In this document: piece by piece, positions 1 to 7,161 of the stretch
Layout of the letters: each line of letters opens with the position of its first letter
Numbering within the stretch: position 1 is the first letter of the stretch
Virus record (IMG/VR): IMGVR_UViG_3300035390_000014
Span: 135,888-199,887 of that record
Origin: a virus
Direction: 5' to 3' (one strand)
Length of the DNA: 64,000 nucleotides
Translations under genes and position numbers: made by a program
Notes under the pieces: model-generated
Seen by the model: the letters and a program-made list of their open reading frames with translations, nothing else
What the model was told of the DNA's origin: nothing
Databases searched by the model: none

Positions 1-273
1 GAACAAGAAAAACAGAAATCCAAACCAATAAAAAAATCAATATCTACTAAAATTCTAACATGGTTTGAAAATAACATGATTGTATTTTATTTATTATTGG
101 CATTGTTAATTATAGGATTTGTATTTTCAATGTTTTGGATTACTAAAACTGGCAGTTATTGGCTATTCTATGAGGACATGGTCCAGGATACAATTAAAGA
201 AATGGTAAAACCAGAGTACTTAATTCATCTTAAATAAGAACATAATATAAATCCTAATCAAGGAGATTATATT

Positions 274-897
274 ATGACTGAAATATTTAATGATAATGAA
301 GGTAATTCTTCATCAATGAATTTAGTTTGGTTATTATCATTAATAACAATCGTAGGAACTTGGATATTATTATCAATAAAAACTGGTACATTGCAACATG
401 TTACTGGTGGTGATGCTTTATGGTTTACATCTTTATTTAGCGGAAAGATAGTTCAAAATTTTTATGAAAAGAGAAAACCATCACCAATACCAGTACCAGG
501 TGTCAAATCTGGAATAATTCAAGATAGTGAAGGCAACATAAGTCTTTCTAGAATAGTATGGATATTAGCTGTATTAGGAATAGTAGGAACTTGGGCATTT
601 ATATCTTTTAAGTTAGCATTATTACAACATTTTTCAACTGGTGATGCTGCTTGGTTTACTGCTTTATTTGGTAGTAAGGTTGGTGGAACTGTCATTGAAA
701 GGAGTAATTATGCTTCTTACGGTGAAGGCGACTATGATGATTCAGATGGTTTTGAAAGATCAATGGGAGATGGAGAAATGGGATCTGCCGATAAAGATAA
801 ATTGATTATCCAACTTCAAGAAACGATTAAAGTCCAAACAGATTTTAATAAAAATTTAGTTGAAACAATACATCCTAAAGATAAAGAGGAATTATAA
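274..897 (+). CDS. Membrane protein with an internally duplicated two-helix module (holin-like)
   Basis: Two copies of D.EGN.S...VW.L.....VGTW......LQH...GDA.WFT.LF..K; GGAG RBS upstream. Confidence 0.5.
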   Translation: MTEIFNDNEGNSSSMNLVWLLSLITIVGTWILLSIKTGTLQHVTGGDALWFTSLFSGKIVQNFYEKRKPSPIPVPGVKSGIIQDSEGNISLSRIVWILAVLGIVGTWAFISFKLALLQHFSTGDAAWFTALFGSKVGGTVIERSNYASYGEGDYDDSDGFERSMGDGEMGSADKDKLIIQLQETIKVQTDFNKNLVETIHPKDKEEL

Positions 898-1436
898 TGA
901 CTAAAAAACTATTATATGAAACTTATCTTGAAAAAACAGGTGATAGAATTTCTTTTGAAGAATGGATATTATCAGAATCTAAAGTGAAGAAATTAGGTTC
1001 TTATTGGGATGCAATGAAACGATATGGAATTGTTGGATTAGCTTCTTATATATCTGGAAATAAAAGTATAACTGATAGTGCAACTGGTGGAGTATTATCA
1101 GTTCCTCTTAGTATGGTATTATCTGCTGGATATAAAAAAACATCATCTATTTGTGCATCTAGATGTAAAAATCAATTATGTAAACAAAAATGTTATTTAA
1201 ATTCATGTGGTATAGTAATAAAAGAAATACATGATGCAATGAAAGATGTTAAATCTAAAACAAAAGATTCAAAAAAAATATTAAAAAAATTAGACAAACA
1301 ACTAGTTAAATGGGTTAAAAGATATAACCAACATAGAAGTAAAATTAAAGAACTAGTTGATGAAGAACAGAAACCAGATAATAATTCAGTTGCAAGTATG
1401 GCTAAATATTATGTAGGTAACCAGGATGATTTATAA
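897..1436 (+). CDS. Hypothetical protein, possibly an internal head protein
   Basis: 179-aa ORF coupled to the upstream stop (TAATG); N-terminal L/I-x-E motifs. Confidence 0.5.
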   Translation: MTKKLLYETYLEKTGDRISFEEWILSESKVKKLGSYWDAMKRYGIVGLASYISGNKSITDSATGGVLSVPLSMVLSAGYKKTSSICASRCKNQLCKQKCYLNSCGIVIKEIHDAMKDVKSKTKDSKKILKKLDKQLVKWVKRYNQHRSKIKELVDEEQKPDNNSVASMAKYYVGNQDDL

Positions 1437-1441
1437 ATAAT

Positions 1442-1515
1442 GGGGACATCGTATAGCGGGAATACATTGCCCTTGCACGGCAAAAACCAGAGTTCGATTC
1501 TCTGTGTCTCCACCA
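1442..1515 (+). tRNA. tRNA-Ala(UGC)
   Basis: GGGGACA/TGTCTCC acceptor with G3:U70; TTGCC-CTTGCAC-GGCAA anticodon arm; TTCGA T loop; ACCA end. Confidence 0.95.
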
Positions 1516-1542
1516 TTATTAATTCATTATAAAAAACAATTA

Positions 1543-1557
1543 TTATATATATTAATA
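1543..1557 (+). promoter_or_regulatory. Putative phage promoter, class 2 (YTATATATATTAWT)
   Basis: Same motif at 7796(+), 13680-13693(-), 40898-40911(-) and 60322-60335(-), always intergenic. Confidence 0.55.
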
Positions 1558-1575
1558 ACTATAATGCAACACATT

Positions 1576-1733
1576 AATTTGTATTTTATAAAAGGTTAAG
1601 AACGGAAAGATTATACATAAAATAACTCAGGTGGTAGAGTATTTGCCTCAAAAGCAAACTGTCGTTGGTTCAATTCCAACTTTTAACAAAACCTAATCTT
1701 TTATATTACTTAACCTTTTATAAGATACAAATT
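1576..1733 (+). ncRNA. Y-RNA-like unit 1 with a tRNA-like module in normal order (CAA loop)
   Basis: Outer stem AAGGTTAAG/CTTAACCTT, AACG/ATATTA internal loop, inner stem AAAGATTA/TAATCTTT; D arm, TTTGC-CTCAAAA-GCAAA arm, GTTGG-TTCAATT-CCAAC T arm. Confidence 0.75.
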
Positions 1734-1735
1734 TA

Positions 1736-1874
1736 AATGAGAGAACGAAAAATGATTACAGATTATTACTATGATTAAGTAAAGGTCGCAGGTTCGAGTC
1801 CTGTCATAAGGGAAACTTTATGTAACTCAGTTGGTAGAGATTATATCAACAATCATTTTTATATTACTCTCATT
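1736..1874 (+). ncRNA. Y-RNA-like unit 2 with a circularly permuted tRNA module
   Basis: AATGAGAG/CTCTCATT stem with the conserved loop; order is anticodon arm, T arm (GCAGG-TTCGAGT-CCTGT), GAAA-closed 7-bp acceptor, D arm. Confidence 0.8.
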
Positions 1875-1880
1875 ACATTT

Positions 1881-1977
1881 TTGTAGATCGCCGGTGGGTG
1901 ACTATGCACCTTGGAAAACATAACTTTAGATGACTGGTAATTATCCGGTATATATCTAATTTCCCGGGGATCTACAA
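1881..1977 (+). ncRNA. Structured RNA of unknown class
   Basis: TTGTAGATC.CCGG/CCGG.GATCTACAA closing stem plus internal hairpins; no ORF. Confidence 0.5.
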
Positions 1978-1985
1978 TACAATTT

Positions 1986-2115
1986 GCCCTCATTGAGAGC
2001 GTTTCTACCAAGGAGCCATAATGTTGAATCTAGATAGATGTTATGGAAATTGATTAGAGCGAGAGGTATTCTCATTGGTCTTAGGATCAGATAGGTTCGA
2101 GTCCTATTGGGGGCT
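1986..2115 (+). ncRNA. tRNA-like RNA with an expanded D region
   Basis: GCCCTCA/TGGGGGC acceptor; ATAGG-TTCGAGT-CCTAT T arm; TGGTC-TTAG-GATCA variable-arm-like hairpin; no CCA. Confidence 0.55.
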
Positions 2116-2124
2116 GAATAATTT

Positions 2125-2274
2125 TAATGGAAGAACGGAAAATAATTACAGTAGTCCATTAGGAGGACGTGTTTGGAGGTTCGAATCCTTCTTTCCCCAC
2201 CACACATTTATGGGGAAATAGGCAAACTGGTACAGCCGCGTAATACAACAATTATTTTTAAATTACTTCCATTA
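2125..2274 (+). ncRNA. Y-RNA-like unit 3 with a circularly permuted tRNA module and internal ACCA
   Basis: TAATGGAAG/CTTCCATTA stem with the conserved loop; GTCC-ATTAGGA-GGAC arm; T arm; TTTCCCC-ACCA-linker-GGGGAAA; D arm. Confidence 0.8.
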
Positions 2275-2353
2275 CTTTTTTATGCCGGGTGATACGTATG
2301 TTTATCCATACGCCGGCTCCATTATTATAATAATAAAAAACAGGGAGATTAGG

Positions 2354-2830
2354 ATGAAAATGAAAACAAGTTTAATTTATGGTTTAATTTTGGTAATGGT
2401 TTCTATGTTAGCAATTTCATGTAGTCAAAGGAAATTGGTAACAACTCCTGTTTTTAAAATGACTATTGCTGAAGTAAAAGTTGCAGCTCCTGAACCTGCA
2501 ACAGTAACTGATATCAGAGAAAGCATAATGTTTAAATATGATAGCTCTGTTATTGAAGAAATTGAAATGAAAAAGGTTGAAGAAATTGCTGGAGTAATGG
2601 CACTTTATTCTGATACAGACCTAGTCCTTAAAGGTTATGCAAGTTCAGAAGGTACAACCGAATATAATACTGAACTTTCTTTAGCAAGGGCTGAAGTTGT
2701 AAAAGCTGAATTACTAAGCCTGGGTGTTTCAGAAGATCGCATTCTTATACTAGGTCATGGAGCAACCAATGAATTTGGTGAGCTTCTAGATTTAAACAGA
2801 AGAGTCCTTGTTTTAAGCATGGATGAATAA
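2354..2830 (+). CDS. OmpA/Pal-like peptidoglycan-binding lipoprotein
   Basis: Signal peptide with LAISC lipobox; F.YDSS, G.ASSEG...YN..LS..RA..V and NRRV motifs; start moved to the ATG after the GGGAG RBS. Confidence 0.85.
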   Translation: MKMKTSLIYGLILVMVSMLAISCSQRKLVTTPVFKMTIAEVKVAAPEPATVTDIRESIMFKYDSSVIEEIEMKKVEEIAGVMALYSDTDLVLKGYASSEGTTEYNTELSLARAEVVKAELLSLGVSEDRILILGHGATNEFGELLDLNRRVLVLSMDE

Positions 2831-2838
2831 CAATATTT

Positions 2839-2923
2839 AAGTCAGAACGAAAAGAGATTACAGTAAAAATTAATGCTTCCAAACAGCAATACAATACAAC
2901 AATTTCTTTTGAATTACTGACTT
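2839..2923 (+). ncRNA. Y-RNA-like unit 4 (minimal, no tRNA module)
   Basis: AAGTCAG/CTGACTT stem; AACG/GAATTA loop; AAAAGAGATT/AATTTCTTTT inner stem; ACAG and ACAAC flanks. Confidence 0.7.
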
Positions 2924-2937
2924 TACATTTTTAAACT

Positions 2938-3203
2938 ATATGAGGTTTGTCGTTTTGAAATATGAAACGAATACTTTAATCAGGATTTGTATTTTGCTAT
3001 TTTATTGCCCTGGATAATACCGGCCCCCAATGGGACTGCCTGGTTACTGGGCCTGCATAACCCACGCGCGTGGTTGGCACTTTAGATCCTGAAAAAGTAA
3101 AAAATAGCTGAAAACGTGGAGACTATCCACTACTAGATTTGACAACCTAGAAACTAGTACACAGTAAGCTGAGATTGTCAGTCTTAGAATCTGTGCCTCA
3201 TAT
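2938..3203 (+). ncRNA. Large structured RNA with two predicted pseudoknots
   Basis: ATATGAGG/CCTCATAT closing stem; TCAGGAT/ATCCTGA stem; cross-pairings GCTATTTT/AAAATAGC and TGACAA/TTGTCA. Confidence 0.6.
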
Positions 3204-3213
3204 TACAATTTTT

Positions 3214-3364
3214 AGAGAGTTAGAACGAAAAAATATTCCAGATATACAATATAGGTTCAATCCCTATTTTGGGCTCCAAGCATGCCCATGCTGACAATTG
3301 GCTGTCAACTTGTCTTAAACAACAGGTGTAATAAATAAAATATTTTTTAAATTACTAACTCTTT
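3214..3364 (+). ncRNA. Y-RNA-like unit 5 with a circularly permuted tRNA module and internal TCCA
   Basis: AGAGTTAG/CTAACTCT stem with the conserved loop; order is T arm (ATAGG-TTCAATC-CCTAT), TGGGC-TCCA-linker-GCCCA, D-like arm, anticodon-like arm. Confidence 0.7.
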
Positions 3365-3369
3365 TATTT

Positions 3370-3414
3370 AAAATATTCGTCATAACCTTAACCAGTTATG
3401 ACGAATATTTTTTT
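3370..3414 (+). terminator. Intrinsic terminator-like hairpin closing the ncRNA cassette
   Basis: AAAATATTCGTCATAAC/GTTATGACGAATATTTT followed by a T tract. Confidence 0.7.
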
Positions 3415-3463
3415 GCCGACAATAGGAACGAATCATTTTAAACGTGAAAAGGAGAAAATCCGA

Positions 3464-5071
3464 ATGGTTAATTTACCTGTTCGAATTGAAGAAAAATTTG
3501 TTAACGCAAATTTAAGAAAAATTGGGCAAGACATTGAAACAACTATGTCTTTATTTGGCACTGATATGAACAGAGCTACACATTATAACACCAAAGAAGA
3601 GTTAGCAGCTATGAGCGAAAAAGAACATAGAAATATGTTTTCTATTGATCGTTCAATCTATGGCTGTATTGCTTGTCTACCTGGTACAACTGATATTTCT
3701 AAAATGAAAGTTGTTACCAATCTTTTAGGTATCTCATGGGAGCATGGATCTGATTTTCAAGTCACTACTCCTATTCTTACAATAGAACAGGAAAGATTAA
3801 TCATTGATCATCTGGTATCAACACTTCCTCCAAATAGAATGATAAATTTGTTTGCTTCTTTTGAGGATAGTCGAGTTAACAATACCCGTATGAGAAAAAC
3901 AGTTCTTCCTTTTATTCTTAACTCAGGTAGTCTTGGGTGGTGGGCAGTTAAGTATAGAAGTAAATTGAAAACTGTATTATCTCATTGTTGGGGTAAAAAG
4001 ATGACAAGTGTTATTGTTTCTATCATTGGGAAAAGAGCAAAGACCCAAAAAGAAAATGATATCCTTGATTCCTTTATTGGTAAGTATATTGTTATCGTTG
4101 AGAAGACTAAACGTAAGGCTATATTTGAATGTCTACGTTTTATCTTTTCTGTTGGTGATAATTTTACCAACCATCTTTTTGTAAATTTCCATGCTTCAAA
4201 AACTGATTTCTCAAAAGCAAAAGGTTTGCCAAAAGAAGTAATTGAAGGTATAAGAGCGGCTTATCACCCAACTCTGGATAAAGCTGAAACCTTAAAAGTT
4301 GCTGAGTCGTCAATGACTAACAAGGAAAAACGTTTGGTCCAAAACCAGGCTGTTAAAACTGGAGTTAAAATTGAATGGGACCCTAAGACACAACCATTGG
4401 TCGAACTCTTTATATACGGGTTTAAAATGGGGTTCACCAATGCAATACATGATGCTATTCTACAAAAATCTGATAGAGCTGGTCAAGCATTGCCATTTAC
4501 CTATGATAAAGTTGGGATCATTTGTGACGATAGTTTTTCAATGAGTGGTTCTGAAGATCAGAAACTGAAAGCATTGGCTATAAGTTATGCTACAGTTGAA
4601 ACATTGAAAGGTGTTGGTTCTACGACTCTGGTGGCATCTACTTCTGGTAGACGTCCATCATATACCAATAGTCCAATGGGTGAATCAAATCTGGCAAAAC
4701 CTTTACTTAAATTGTTAAAGAGAGATGTAGATGTTATCTTTGTTGTATCTGATGGTTATGAAAATGCACCAGAAGGTAGATTTGGAGAAGTGTTGAAAAT
4801 TGCCAGGGATAAAGCTGGAGTAACAACCCCAGTATATCATTTTAATCCAGTTGGAGCTGCTGAAAGTAAAGTTGCTGTAAAAAGATTATCTAATGATGTT
4901 CCGGTGACTCCGGTGACTAATCCAGAGAAAATGGGTCTTTCATTATTTAAGACAATGATAGCAGCTGATCCAAAACAAGGGATTGTTAGATTGTTTAACA
5001 TGGTTCTTCCAGAATTGGAAAAGACTAAACTATTATACTCTCGGGTTAACCTAGAAGCTATAAGCGAATAA
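3464..5071 (+). CDS. Ro60/TROVE-like protein with a C-terminal vWA domain
   Basis: About 535 aa; helical basic N-terminal region; vWA MIDAS DDSFS and VVSDGYEN; size and architecture match Ro60/Rsr; AAGGAG RBS before ATG 3464. Confidence 0.55.
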   Translation: MVNLPVRIEEKFVNANLRKIGQDIETTMSLFGTDMNRATHYNTKEELAAMSEKEHRNMFSIDRSIYGCIACLPGTTDISKMKVVTNLLGISWEHGSDFQVTTPILTIEQERLIIDHLVSTLPPNRMINLFASFEDSRVNNTRMRKTVLPFILNSGSLGWWAVKYRSKLKTVLSHCWGKKMTSVIVSIIGKRAKTQKENDILDSFIGKYIVIVEKTKRKAIFECLRFIFSVGDNFTNHLFVNFHASKTDFSKAKGLPKEVIEGIRAAYHPTLDKAETLKVAESSMTNKEKRLVQNQAVKTGVKIEWDPKTQPLVELFIYGFKMGFTNAIHDAILQKSDRAGQALPFTYDKVGIICDDSFSMSGSEDQKLKALAISYATVETLKGVGSTTLVASTSGRRPSYTNSPMGESNLAKPLLKLLKRDVDVIFVVSDGYENAPEGRFGEVLKIARDKAGVTTPVYHFNPVGAAESKVAVKRLSNDVPVTPVTNPEKMGLSLFKTMIAADPKQGIVRLFNMVLPELEKTKLLYSRVNLEAISE

Positions 5072-5081
5072 GGAGAATAAA

Positions 5082-6107
5082 ATGGAAATTACAATTGCAG
5101 AAGTGTTGAAAGGATGTACTCCTGGTCGTATGCAAAGCGCTGGGTATATGCAGATGGTTCCATTACTATCTGAACCTGATATGATTGATAAAAGATTTGG
5201 AGCATTTACTGGAATACTATCAAGTACCCATGATTATGGAACAGTTCATTTAGAAAATAAAGAAGACTTTCCAACAATCATGCCCATGGGAACTGCTATT
5301 TTAACTACACAAAGTGCTCAGAATCATGCTCTTGGTAAAGTTAAATTAATGACCAGAATGTCCGAATCAAATATTGATACAGCAGCTTGTATCCAGGATA
5401 CTCAGGGTGGGATCATTAGAAGCGGTGTTCATAGTTTATCAATCCTCCCATATTCAATTCGTGAGAAAGCGTTGGAAATAAAGGATAAGAGAGGTTATAG
5501 TAAACTATGGCCTGCTATCAAAGTATTTAATGAGGAAGTTGGGATTGAAGAAGGTAACTACCGTTCCATGGGTCATCTTGAACATTACCTGGAAACATTT
5601 GGTGATAAGCTTGACGAGTTCATTGGTCAGTTTGAAATTGTTCCAAATCAAGTCGGAGCAATTATTTTGTTAAATGGTCAAATTGCTGGTGTTGAAAGAG
5701 CACCCAATTATGATTTCTGGAAAGAATTGTGGAAACCATTGATTCGTGAATGTTATGGTTCTGCATCTTTGGTATTTGCTAAGAAAGGTGAGAAACCTTC
5801 ACCACCACTTGGAAGAATGCCGATTAATGATCACTTGGTTAAAAACATTGATGATCTTGAAACTGAATATAATAAGGCTGAAAAACATGAAGAAGATACT
5901 GTAAAGAATCTTATTCGGAATTTTATTCAGCAACCATTTACTGCCACTCGGGAAGAAAATGAACCCAATGGTACTATTTGTGTGGATCATCTTAGTGGTG
6001 GTCAATTCACTGGACAGATTGTTAGAGACAGCGCATTTGTTGTTTATGCCAGTCTGGTTCCAGATAAGAATGCTCGATTTAATACAGCAGCAGCATTTAC
6101 AATTTAA
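5082..6107 (+). CDS. ARPP-1/DUF6569-like protein
   Basis: AQNHA, ACIQ..QGG, KLW..I and QVGAIILLNG...GVE motifs recalled for this family; operonic with the vWA gene. Confidence 0.55.
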   Translation: MEITIAEVLKGCTPGRMQSAGYMQMVPLLSEPDMIDKRFGAFTGILSSTHDYGTVHLENKEDFPTIMPMGTAILTTQSAQNHALGKVKLMTRMSESNIDTAACIQDTQGGIIRSGVHSLSILPYSIREKALEIKDKRGYSKLWPAIKVFNEEVGIEEGNYRSMGHLEHYLETFGDKLDEFIGQFEIVPNQVGAIILLNGQIAGVERAPNYDFWKELWKPLIRECYGSASLVFAKKGEKPSPPLGRMPINDHLVKNIDDLETEYNKAEKHEEDTVKNLIRNFIQQPFTATREENEPNGTICVDHLSGGQFTGQIVRDSAFVVYASLVPDKNARFNTAAAFTI

Positions 6108-6109
6108 TA

Positions 6110-6258
6110 ATATGCCTACCTAACACAGTAATTGGTGAGGGTGAAAGCGTCCCGTGGAGGGAACAATGCTAATTGTCGGCAGGGTTCGACCCCCGATAAA
6201 AGCGACCGGAGCGAGCATAAAGCGGAGGTCATAAACGCAGATCATGCAAAAGGCATAT
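6110..6258 (+). ncRNA. GC-rich structured RNA of unknown class
   Basis: ATATGCCT/AGGCATAT closing stem; GGG-TTCGAC-CCC T-loop-like hairpin; GACC/GGTC stem; terminator follows. Confidence 0.55.
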
Positions 6259-6311
6259 AGTTGGGGTGGTGATATTAATTTATCATCATCCCAACTAACT
6301 ATTTTTTTTTT
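6258..6311 (+). terminator. Intrinsic terminator
   Basis: TAGTTGGGGTGGTGATA/TATCATCATCCCAACTA followed by a T10 tract. Confidence 0.8.
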
Positions 6312-6339
6312 GTATTCTTTTTTATAAAAAAGGTGATGT

Positions 6340-6519
6340 ATGAAATATTTTGAAGATGATGGTAAACCAGTTAAATGTCATAAATGTGGAAGTGAAAAAA
6401 TTAAATTAACAACTAAAGATATGATTGATAATATGGTATGTGAAGTTGAATATTCATGTGGTGATTGTGGAACATATCTTGCATATTGGTCATATGGATA
6501 TTTTGAAACGGATTGTTAA
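6340..6519 (+). CDS. Small zinc-ribbon protein (59 aa, absent from the ORF track)
   Basis: MKYFEDDGKPVKCHKCGS...SCGDCG; AGGTG RBS. Confidence 0.65.
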   Translation: MKYFEDDGKPVKCHKCGSEKIKLTTKDMIDNMVCEVEYSCGDCGTYLAYWSYGYFETDC

Positions 6520-6533
6520 TTTTAAATACAAAT

Positions 6534-6549
6534 AGAACATATTATAAAT
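6534..6549 (+). promoter_or_regulatory. Putative phage promoter, class 1 (AGAACATATTATAAAT)
   Basis: Exact or near copies at 237, 7099, 9541, 10228, 13743, 21575, 24710, 28426, 32682, 37748, 39365, 40453, 59498, 60188 and 60379. Confidence 0.75.
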
Positions 6550-6625
6550 GGTCCCATAGCTCAGTGTGTAGAGCATCTGGCTTACATCCAGAATGTCCCT
6601 AGTTCAAATCTAGGTGGGATCACCA
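6550..6625 (+). tRNA. tRNA-Val(UAC)
   Basis: GGTCCCA/TGGGATC acceptor; TCTGG-CTTACAT-CCAGA arm; ACCA end. Confidence 0.95.
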
Positions 6626-6646
6626 AAACCAATAAGGAAAAATGAA

Positions 6647-7087
6647 ATGATTGAATCTAAACTAGTGAAAATTAAGAAATTACATAAAGATGCTATTATA
6701 CCAAAATATCAAACAATAGGTTCTGCTGGATTTGATTTAAGTTCTATTATTGATTGTAAACTTTTTCCAAATCAACAAGAGTTAATCCCAACAGGACTTT
6801 CCGTTGAAATCCCATTAGGGACTGAATTACAAATTAGACCTAGAAGTGGACTTGCTAAAAATTCTATGATATCAATAACTAATTCACCAGGTACATTAGA
6901 TTCAGACTATAGAGGTCCTATAGGAATCATTCTTATAAATCATAGTCCTTTTGTTTTTGAAATAAAGAAAGGTGATAGAGTAGCTCAAGCAGTATTATGT
7001 CCAGTGTATCAAGCTAACTTTGAAGTTGTTGATGAACTCTCAAACACAGACCGTGGAGAAAACGGTTATGGAAGCACTGGTAAATAA
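6647..7087 (+). CDS. dut: dUTPase (trimeric family)
   Basis: SAGFDL, IRPRSGLA, GTLDSDYRG and RGENGYGSTG motifs; start moved downstream of the tRNA. Confidence 0.95.
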   Translation: MIESKLVKIKKLHKDAIIPKYQTIGSAGFDLSSIIDCKLFPNQQELIPTGLSVEIPLGTELQIRPRSGLAKNSMISITNSPGTLDSDYRGPIGIILINHSPFVFEIKKGDRVAQAVLCPVYQANFEVVDELSNTDRGENGYGSTGK

Positions 7088-7161
7088 CACTCTTTTTTAG
7101 AACAAATTATAAATGGTTATAGGCCCGAATTAAATTTATAATTTGTTTAAGGGAGCGTTAA

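Noticed and set aside
1599..1604. AGAACG of the Y-like units as copies of the AGAACA promoter
   Set aside because: They lack the TATTATAAAT part and sit in base-paired stems with a conserved partner strand
2282..2353. Upstream extensions of ORFs at 2282, 3398, 6614, 11361, 14423 and 34175
   Set aside because: They overlap hairpins, tRNAs or upstream genes; starts with better RBSs lie downstream
2938..3203. tmRNA or RNase P RNA
   Set aside because: No Ala-type acceptor with T arm and CCA, and no GAGGAAAGTCC-type P4 signature
1576..3364. CRISPR array reading of the repeated AGAACG...ATTACT units
   Set aside because: The repeats are paired stems with covarying sequence and irregular spacing that enclose tRNA-like cargo; no cas genes are present
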